Part shown: piece after piece, positions 12,436 to 20,245 of the stretch
How positions within the stretch are numbered: the first letter of the stretch is position 1
How the letters are laid out: each line of letters starts with the position of its first letter
Origin: Orbicella franksi
Taxonomy: Eukaryota
Length of the DNA: 64,000 nucleotides
NCBI GenBank assembly: GCA_964199315.1
Contig: OZ116707.1
Span: 5,146,001-5,210,000, forward strand
Direction: 5' to 3'
Translations under genes and position numbers: made by a program
Notes under the pieces: model-generated
What the model was told of the DNA's origin: nothing
The model's input: the letters and a program-made list of their open reading frames with translations, nothing else
The model's database searches: none

Positions 12436-13032
12436 TTATTCAAATAACTTTACCCTGTACGGGTGGTGAAGTGAGAACACAAGATAAGAGAACTTTCGCT
12501 CTTTCAGCTTTGAAACCAGACCTTTGTACTCATCCAGGGGGAGCTCGCCGGCATAATCATCGAAGATGGCTTTTGTTGTCCTGGCCAAGGGGGTGTAAAA
12601 GAGGACGATCGCCGCTACGTTCTCCCAGAAGGAAGATATTATGCCGGTCAACTTCTGGGTCAGCGCCCAAACGCTGATGCCCATATGTCGGACAGAAAAG
12701 GCGAGATTCACCAGCTCGCCTGTACGCCCTTTCACATCTTTGGAGGCCGCACAGTCGTCGAGGATTATGAGCGTGTTGGTGCCCTCGGAAAGCCATCTCA
12801 CGAGCTTCAACCACTTTTCCACGGTGTGCTGCTTGCAGACTATCACATCCATTCTTGGATCGTTTTTGCCAAGCCGGTGGTAGGTCTTGTGCGTGAACGT
12901 CGGGCAGATGAGCACGATGTAGTTGAACTTTCCACGGAAAGGGCCGTAGATCTGGTCCACCACGAACCTTGATTTGCCTGAATTTGTTGGCCCCATGATG
13001 AGAGCGTTGAAGGGTATCTTGCTGGGGTCCAT
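12436..13032 (-). CDS. DNA-packaging ATPase, A32/FtsK-HerA superfamily
   Basis: Walker A GPTNSGKS, Walker B LIILDD, arginine-finger RH, then ISVWALTQ. About 198 aa, intact frame, adjacent to the MCP. Confidence 0.92.
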   Translation of the reverse strand: MDPSKIPFNALIMGPTNSGKSRFVVDQIYGPFRGKFNYIVLICPTFTHKTYHRLGKNDPRMDVIVCKQHTVEKWLKLVRWLSEGTNTLIILDDCAASKDVKGRTGELVNLAFSVRHMGISVWALTQKLTGIISSFWENVAAIVLFYTPLARTTKAIFDDYAGELPLDEYKGLVSKLKERKFSYLVFSLHHPYRVKLFE

Positions 13033-13040
13033 GTTCATAT

Positions 13041-14268
13041 TCAATTCTGTACAGAGTCCAGCTGTCTGTCCATAATGTTGAACTGGGAGTCGGCGATGAC
13101 GAATACGTGGCAGTTCATGTTGCCTGAGCCTTCGCTTTCCGCCCGATTTCCAGCTGGACGCTGTCTGTACTGTTCACAAGGCGCTTGCCGCTTCCATGCA
13201 TTTCTTGGTCCGCCATGGAGCGCATATCAATCAGAAGCCCGAAATTGTCTCCGGTGTAAAACTTTGTCGCATCCATGTGCTTGGTTTTATTTTTTTCCTT
13301 CACAAAGAAACGTTGGGCCTCTTCGCACATGTCCTTGCCTTCAATGCCGTTGTTATAAATCATGTTGGGCGGGCCGTTGATCGTGACGCTGACTTTCGTC
13401 AGATCTGGGAAGATGTATTTTTCTGAATCTCTGGCTCCATCGGTATAAGGCTCTATGGAAAGTAGCAGGAGGGCTTTTAGCGACCTTTTTCGGGCGTCGA
13501 CTTTGATGTTCTTCCTCGTGTCGGTGTCTTTTTTGAAGATCACCACTTCGGAACGCATCATGTGGTCATAGGCGAACTCTTTTCCGCTGGAGTATTCGCT
13601 GTACGCCTCGTCCGCCAGAGTCTTGCTGTGGATCATTTCGTACTCGAGCTGGATGTTCGTCAGCTTGTATTTCAGCTGGGTTGTATCAGTTCCAATGACC
13701 ACATGTTCAGCTTCAGCAAGGGTTACTTTGAATACGAGGTCGTTGTAAAGGGCCTGGGGGTAGAAAACACTGTGATCGGTTAGGATCTGATGGTCAAGCC
13801 TGATCCGGTACTTGCTTCCGTACACCTCATTCAGCTTGTTTTCAGCGGCAACGCCCGAGGTTTTCTCGTCTCCTGCGCCTGAGCAGATCTTGCATAGGTC
13901 CTCGCTCTGAATCCCCTCGAGGATCATGCCATCTCGCTTTTCCTGCGAAAGGAAAAGGTCATCAAAGATTCTGTAGATTCCGTAGCCAACCATGTCTTGC
14001 AGGGTAATGCCTCCGAACTTCCTGTGCAGCCTGTCAACGAGCACCCGCGTGACGTTCTGGACAAGGAAGTTGTTGGCGTGCCCTTCAGAAAGGTCAATGT
14101 TAAAGATAAGCGCTAGCAAGCCCGGCACCAGAACCTCGTTCACGTTCAGCTTCGGCACTGAAACATACAGCGTATCACCGGGTTTGGCTTCAGTGCAGGA
14201 AAAGGTGATCCGCTTGACCGTGTGCTCGGCCTGCTGTACGTTGCGCAAAGGTTCTCTGGAACTGACAT
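13041..14268 (-). pseudogene. Major capsid protein (predicted double jelly roll) with two frameshifts
   Basis: Track ORF 13115..14248 is a beta-rich 377-aa core (TLYVSVPKL...VLVPG.LAL.F; LTNIQLEYEMI; LLIDMRSMADQEMHGSGKRLVNS). ATG at 14268 joins via a frameshift, and the C-terminus continues in another frame as GSGNMNCHVFVIADSQFNIMDRQLDSVQN* to 13041. Confidence 0.8.
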
Positions 14269-14328
14269 TGTATAATATGCCGGCGATTATTTCTAATTTG
14301 AAAAATATCAGGTTTGAAATATATCGCT

Positions 14329-15681
14329 ATGTCGGCCGAAGGCAGTGGCGAATTTGGTTACAAAGACCCGGACCTTGACAATCAGCTTGACCATGACTCT
14401 GATGATGGCGAACAAGAGGTCGACACAACCGGTCCTTTTCAGCCAGGCGCGGCATCCACTCCATACCAACCTGGCGACCCCTACCACGGGGGCGAACAAA
14501 CGGAAATGCGTACTATGCTGCACGAGCAGTCTGGCCTGCCTGACACTTCTTATACCAAGACATTTGGGGGAGAAGATATCCCTTTGCTTGAACCTGATCC
14601 GGAACGGAAATTCATCATAGACCGGCTAAAAAGCCAATTTTCCAAATTTAAAGAGAGTAGTTTTGCAGTTATGAAAGGTACCAAAGGGAAAACCAAGGGT
14701 CAAATTGTTGCTGTAGGTATGGGTGGAGGTGAGTACTAGATTATGAAAAAAGACGGGACAGACTTCACGAAAAGTTTTTTAGAAAGGTTTAAAGACAAAC
14801 TTGGGCCTAGAACTTCAGTTGTCATTGAAGAAGACCGGGATACTGTCAGAGAAATGAAACAAAGACTGAAAGAAGCTGAAAACCAACTGCAACAGGCAGA
14901 AACACTCTCTTCGCAAAGAGAAGAAGAAAAGAAAGAAGTTGAAGATCTGAGACGTAAAATCGGGCAAACTGATGCTAAGATCGATGCCATTCAGGATGAA
15001 CAAGGCTCGAAATATCAAACCGATCTCGAAAACAAGAAAAAAGAATTGGATTCACTTACAAAACAAGCAAAAAAACAAGAAAAAGAACAAGCCAAGGTTG
15101 ATAGACTCAGGGCCAGCATTGCTGCAAAAGAAAGTGAAACAAACGCCATGGAAGAAAGGTACAACCAAACAAAACCGTTGGACGCCCTGAGAGAGCAGGA
15201 AAGCGAGCTACAGCACCAAAACAAGGAAGACCAGGTGATCATCCAAGATGAGAATGCCTCGCCCTCCGAAAAAGAAGCCGCAGAAGGCAGAGTGGCAGAA
15301 AGAAACGAGGAGCTCGCGTGTTTGCAAACTCAGATCGTGGAAAGGGAAAGGGGGCGGCCTCTCTTGGAAAGGGTCAAAGAGATCTTCAAAAAATATGGTG
15401 TGACCTTGACTGCTATTCTTCTCGCTGCCGGGACCACAATCGGAGCTGTCATTGGGGTCCTCACCAGAGGTTTGAAAGCCACCGGCAAAGCTTTGGGGAA
15501 TGGCCTCAAAGATATTGCCGTGAAACTCGGTTCTCTGCTGCCCAGGCTGATTGGCTCGATCGTGAGCTTCCTGTTCAAAGCCGCCAGCCAAGTCGTCAGA
15601 TTTCTGGCCGAGCACACCTGGCTGCTTATTCTTGCCGCAGTGGCATTTTTGTTCAAACAATATTTTAAGAAGCAGCGTTAA
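14329..15681 (+). pseudogene. Coiled-coil protein with C-terminal amphipathic/TM helices; one gene split by a premature TAG
   Basis: Track ORFs 14314..14739 and 14743..15681 are in the same frame (GGGEY*IMKKDG). C-terminus GVTLTAILLAAGTTIGAVIGVL...LIGSIVSFLF...WLLILAAVAFLF. Confidence 0.75.
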
Positions 15682-15682
15682 C

Positions 15683-17330
15683 TTACTGCCAAGCCATGAA
15701 CAGCAACGCCGATAATCCAACTACACCGACAATTACCACCGTTTTGTTAATTTTGTGTTGCGGTGTTTTATCTGGAGCCGTGGGCTCAATTTTTTTGCGC
15801 CGTTGGCTGTGCTTGTTTAGTTTCAGTCGAAGCTGGTTTCCTTGATTCGGCTGTTGCGGCTTTGTGTATCGGGTTGGACGGGTGGCTGTTGGGTAGGTTG
15901 ACTTTTGACGGGCCACCTGCCATGAGTTTGAGCCCAGATTTTTTTGTGTCTGGGTGTATCTTGTTGTTCACCCCCAGTTTCATCCCAGACACCGCCTGTT
16001 TCAGCTTGTTGTTGTAACCGATCGTGCTTGCAGTGTTGATAATCATTTGTGCGGGCATGAGCCAGGACATGGGGGCTACAGCGAGATTGAGCCTGACTTT
16101 CGCTTGGTCCACCGCGAGCTGGTACCTTTGCATGCTCGCGGCCAGGTCGGGCTGTGTGATCGTGCTTTCCATCAACACCAAGAACTCGCTCTGGGCTTCT
16201 CTTGCTCGACCACCAGAACTGAGAATGCTGCTGCAGACGTTGACTTGCGCGCCTAGGACACAGTAAACGAAAGCCTCGATTGACTGGTTGATTCTCGACA
16301 AGCCCGTCTGCGTCAAACCGTTCGCGGTGTTGGGTGCAAACCAGTTGAACTGCCGATCTCCAAAAACATCAGGCCGTATGAACTCAATAAGGTCCCCCTT
16401 AATCAGTTTTCCACCTTCGTCGCTGAACTTGTTCCAATCAGGATACTTGTAATCTGTTTTTGTTGGCGATTGCCCCCAAGGCTTAACATACAACACCCCC
16501 AAACCACTATTTGCGCCCGAAGTAAACCTAAAGTCGCTTGAGGGGTCTATTCGGAATTCGCCGCATATCCTTTTGTACGAAGCGATGTCGTAATGATTAT
16601 TCATCTGGTCGAACGTCAGGTCTCTGGGCAAAGCACTTATGCTCTGAACACCTTCTAGCTGGTACAAAATGCACCTGACCGTGAAATACACGTGGAAGAT
16701 ATAGAAAGCTCTTATCTGCGGGGGGAGATTCATCCCACTGTCAAAGATTTCGCGAGAAACTCCACACCCCTGTGTCATGCAGAAAACCGCAAAGTTGAGC
16801 TGTTGTGGCCAATATTTCATGTCAGGCCCTCCTAACCAGTGTTTTGATTCGGTTCCAGATGTGCGTTTGAGTTTGGTGTCTTGAAATATTTCTTGGAATT
16901 TTGTTGTGAAATATTGGTCGGGCGTGATGTATATTTGGATTGCATCGTCGAATATTTTCTTCAAGCTTGGCGCTTTGCCGTCGAAAGGTACCACAGGGAT
17001 GGCCAATGAAACTTTTGAACCAAGTGGCGACAGCTGGTAAGGAAAACCACCGCTGTCTCCCAAACTGAGCTCTTTCATTTCGGCGCTCCAATATTTCCTG
17101 TCTGAGCTGAAGACGCTTTGAAACGCATCTTTGCTTTCTTCGAAAAACACCTCGGCAGTTACATTTTTTTCACGGTCAATCATTGCTTGTGAAATGAACC
17201 TGCTTTTGTCCGCTTTTGGAAAGCGGTTTAAAAAGTTTGTCCACGCCTTTTTCTTCATAGCATCTTTTTTCAAAAACTGGGGATCATCAAACCCGGGATC
17301 TTGACAGATATCGTTCCACATATTTGCCAT
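15683..17330 (-). pseudogene. Large (~550 aa) uncharacterised viral protein with C-terminal membrane anchor, frameshifted in a homopolymer
   Basis: Track ORF 15786..17345 (first ATG 17330; WPQQLNFAVFC, FHVYFTVRCIL) ends at a T-run near 15790. The overlapping ORF 15683..15916 supplies TVVIVGVVGLSALLFMAWQ*. Confidence 0.7.
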
Positions 17331-17365
17331 ATTATTTGGACACAATTTTATTTGTTGAATATAAA

Positions 17366-18046
17366 ATGGTTGTTCTCACTATTGTCACACAACAGAACGG
17401 AGGAACAATATATTTTGAAAAACCAATACCGAAAGTGCATTTCATGAAACTCATTTCTTGCAGTTTGTACAACAGCTGGGACACTTTGAAAAAAGAAGGT
17501 TCGGCCACCCTGGGAGTTAAAAACAAAGATAAAGCTTTATCAGTTAGTAAATTACTCCCAGGGCATTATAGTTTAGAAAGATTGTCAAAAGAAATAGACG
17601 GTCTGTTCGCCAAATATCAATATAAAGAGTTGCAAACAGCAATAAACCAACCTGTTGGCCAGCTTGTAATCAGAAATTTTGGGGCTGGGGCAAAACCAAT
17701 TGAACTTGATCGCGATTTAGCCGATTTGCTTGGTATTGGGCAAAAGTGGTTGCCTATAACCTTTGTAAAACGGCTTACAGCTCCAACGACATATTTTATT
17801 CATTGTAATTTGATCGACAAACAAAAGAATCTGTTCAATGACAAAAGGTCAGATGTATTAGCCTTGTTTGATGTCAAAGTGGAGCCTTATGAAAAAGTAA
17901 GCTATCAGGCTTCTCGGCAACAGGTTTTGCGAGACTGCTCTACAGGCGAGTCCGTAAATAGCATCACCATTAGCGTCAAAGATGAAGATGGTGAACTCTT
18001 TGATTTCAAGGGTTTCCCACTTCTTTTTGAATTAGAGTTAAATTAA
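17366..18046 (+). CDS. Minor capsid protein / penton (single jelly roll)
   Basis: C-terminal pattern YFIHCNLID...SDVLALFDV...VNSITISVKDEDGELFDFKGFPLLFELEL is typical of Polinton/PLV pentons. ATG preceded by GAATATAAA. Frame intact. Confidence 0.8.
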   Translation: MVVLTIVTQQNGGTIYFEKPIPKVHFMKLISCSLYNSWDTLKKEGSATLGVKNKDKALSVSKLLPGHYSLERLSKEIDGLFAKYQYKELQTAINQPVGQLVIRNFGAGAKPIELDRDLADLLGIGQKWLPITFVKRLTAPTTYFIHCNLIDKQKNLFNDKRSDVLALFDVKVEPYEKVSYQASRQQVLRDCSTGESVNSITISVKDEDGELFDFKGFPLLFELELN

Positions 18047-18063
18047 ATTTCTTTATATACGCA

Positions 18064-18657
18064 ATGTCTTCGGCAAATCTGTTGCCACCAAGCGCGCCGC
18101 CTGCCAAGCCACTATATCCAGTGGTGGCGGAGCCTTCTCAAAATTTCCACTTGCAGAAGGTCAATGAGATTTCCAACACTTTAGCCGGTGAGGTCCACCA
18201 CTATCGCCTTGTTGGCAAAAAATACAAACACGCGAGGAAGTTTGTTAATTGGGGTGCTGCCGGCTCAAGTATTCTCTTGGCAGCGTTTTCCAGCACGAGT
18301 TTTGGCTCCGCTCTGTCTGTGGTTGGCCTGCCAGCTGCAGTTCCTCTTGGCGGCGCTGCTGGATGCTTCGCTCTCATTTCGTCGGGGCTGATAATCGCCA
18401 GCAAAAAGTTCGACTCGAAAATAAAGAAGCGTCAAGAGATCACCACGCTCGCCGTTGCCAAGCGGGACACCGTCAACAGACTTCTCTCAAACGCTTTGAA
18501 CAACAACGCGGTGTCTTCGCATAAGTTCGACACCATCCTTTCTGAGTTTCAACAATACAACTTTCTGAAAGATCAGGTCCGTGCAAGGATGCTTCGCCAG
18601 CCATCAACGAGAAAGCTTCCTGATGTTGATGTCCAGAAACTGGAAACTGGAGAATGA
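18064..18657 (+). CDS. Viral membrane protein with Gly/Ala-rich hydrophobic hairpin between helical regions
   Basis: FHLQKVNEI..., then GAAGSSILLAAFSSTSFGSALSVVGLPAAVPLGGAAGCFALISSGLII, then KK.QEITTLAVAKRDTV..LLSNAL. ATG preceded by TTTATATACGCA. Confidence 0.7.
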   Translation: MSSANLLPPSAPPAKPLYPVVAEPSQNFHLQKVNEISNTLAGEVHHYRLVGKKYKHARKFVNWGAAGSSILLAAFSSTSFGSALSVVGLPAAVPLGGAAGCFALISSGLIIASKKFDSKIKKRQEITTLAVAKRDTVNRLLSNALNNNAVSSHKFDTILSEFQQYNFLKDQVRARMLRQPSTRKLPDVDVQKLETGE

Positions 18658-18754
18658 GTTGAAGTTGAAGCGGAAATGATAAAAAAAATAACAGCAACCC
18701 CCGCTTCGAACTAAGTTTTAGAAACAGACGGTTTCATTTGCACGTAATATGAAC

Positions 18755-18898
18755 ATGATTGTCTGCTTCCACTTGTTTGCGTTTCTTGTGAATGAATATT
18801 TCACACCTGAGTGGCAAAAAGAGGCACGCGATATTATGCATGAAGTCGTCGCTGCGATGGTTGAGGCACAAGCCCAATGGTTAAGTGCGGCCAGTTAG
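18755..18898 (+). CDS. Small viral ORF (47 aa), below the track threshold
   Basis: MIVCFHLFAFLVNEYFTPEWQKEARDIMHEVVAAMVEAQAQWLSAAS*, preceded by TAATATGAAC. A decayed paralog lies at ~19255-19330. Confidence 0.5.
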   Translation: MIVCFHLFAFLVNEYFTPEWQKEARDIMHEVVAAMVEAQAQWLSAAS

Positions 18899-18926
18899 AA
18901 AGTGGCCGCTTTTGATATGTAACATC

Positions 18927-19219
18927 ATGGAGAACCATCCGTGGAAAAGTCCTGCAAGTATCGAGGCAGAAAAAAATGGAAAGAACTTCAACAAGACTTT
19001 GAAGAAGTGAATAAATCAAAGCAAATTTATGAAAAAGAAAAAGAGTTTTTTGAAAAATTCTTCCGAATTATCCGATTTGGCAGTGGGATAAAAGAAGAGC
19101 ATAAAAAAGAACTGATTTTGAGAATAAAGTCTGATTTACAAGAAAAGTTGGAAACATTTCAGTCAAAGCAGCGTAAATACGAGAAAAGTGTTCCATCTTT
19201 TAGAGTCTTTAGCTATTGA
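18927..19219 (+). pseudogene. Lys/Glu-rich small viral ORF, probably frameshifted at the 5' end
   Basis: ATG at 18927 (after GATATGTAACATC) is out of frame with the track ORF 18941..19219, which lacks an ATG. Confidence 0.4.
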
Positions 19220-19325
19220 GTTGTTGAGATATTGGGAATTGTTTTTGCAGATGGTGTACCACGCCTGAGTGCCAAAAATAGGCTCGCGAAGTCGTTGCAG
19301 CAATGGTTGAGGCGGGTGAGGTTTT

Positions 19326-19717
19326 TTAATAATAACGCTCCCCGCCAAAAAGGAACCACTCGTGCCAGTCATAACTGTCCCAGGAGCATACTTTTAAAAA
19401 ATTCTTGTACTCAGGGCTGGCTTCAACAAGAGGTATTATCGGCTGTCTTAGCGTTGCTTTATGAACAGTTCCCTCCTTTTCGAAACAGGGGAAACAGCAC
19501 TCCTCGAAATAACAGTCCGGATATTCGAAACAAATAACCATCGGCACAATCTGCTGCTTGAATGCGCAGAATGGCAGTTTTAGAATATTCTCGTGTAACT
19601 TGCCCCACCCCATTTCGTTTTTTTCCTTAATTTTATCGTGATGTACTCCTTGAGAATCATCTCACGAAGCTCTTGAGGGAGATTTTGGATGGCCTCAGAA
19701 AGTCCGCCGGCAGCCAT
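19326..19717 (-). pseudogene. F-box-like viral protein, frameshifted in a T-run at ~19618-19625
   Basis: From ATG 19717: MAAGGLSEAIQNLPQELREMILKEYITIKLRKK, joining track ORF 19326..19613 (MGWGKLHENILKLPFC...). LPxELxxxIL is the F-box signature. Confidence 0.55.
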
Positions 19718-19942
19718 GTCGGCATATACACTGTGCATATACTTGTTCAATACGAAAATTTTTCAGGTGCACTTTTGAATAAACTATTGATTACGGACGT
19801 TGCAGCTTTGCTGGACCCACTATTTCGCCATTTTTTACTGCTGCGCTGTTGTGTTACATACACACACCGTTCTGGCGCAGCGTTCATGCAGCACACTGTG
19901 TCCTTGTCGAAAATTTGGTTTCAACAACTGCCGTTCTTGCAC

Positions 19943-20084
19943 ACACACATATATAGTGGGGGTTCTGGTCATAAGCGAACGCACACAGTGCAAGCGCAGA
20001 GCAACTCCGAATCTTCAGATGAGGAGTTGTGCTTGCGCTTGCACTGTGCGGAGCGCTGCACCAGAACCCCCACTATATGTGTGT
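19943..20084. repeat. ~142-nt imperfect palindrome / terminal hairpin of the viral element
   Basis: Perfect stems at 19951-19969/20060-20078 (19 bp), 19984-19998/20034-20048 (15 bp) and 20002-20008/20023-20029 (7 bp), with apex atc-ttca-gat and mismatch bubbles between stems. Confidence 0.9.
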
Positions 20085-20085
20085 A

Positions 20086-20245
20086 ATCAGATAGCCTACG
20101 AATCATCGGGCAGCTGCCAAAGATCATGAGCTTTGTCTTTTCAGGGTTGAGCAGAAGACAATTATCAAAACACCAGTTAGAAATTAGATGTAAATCCTTT
20201 TGGATAGTGTCCTTTGCTTCGTCAGCGTCACCAACTTTGAAAGAC
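20086..20245 (-). pseudogene. LINE (CR1/L2-like) reverse transcriptase fragment
   Basis: IQKDLHLISNWCFDNCLLLNPEKTKLMIFG matches the non-LTR RT motif DL..I..W...N.L.LN..KT..M.F. Confidence 0.8.

Larger units (their letters stand above)
10460..20085. mobile_element. Endogenous double-jelly-roll DNA virus (Polinton-like / Preplasmiviricota-type), degraded, left end apparently missing
   Basis: About 14 tightly packed intronless ORFs on both strands, including a packaging ATPase, MCP and penton-like mCP. Composition is visibly more GC-rich than the flanks, and a long hairpin sits at the right edge. Confidence 0.9.

Noticed and set aside
12557-16266. Numerous antisense and overlapping track ORFs within the viral genes
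   Set aside because: They are shadows of GC-richer coding sequence, with no motifs or start signal.
10460-20085. Calling the island a canonical Maverick/Polinton transposon
   Set aside because: No pPolB, rve integrase or cysteine protease motifs, no matching TIRs at both ends and no TSD were seen.
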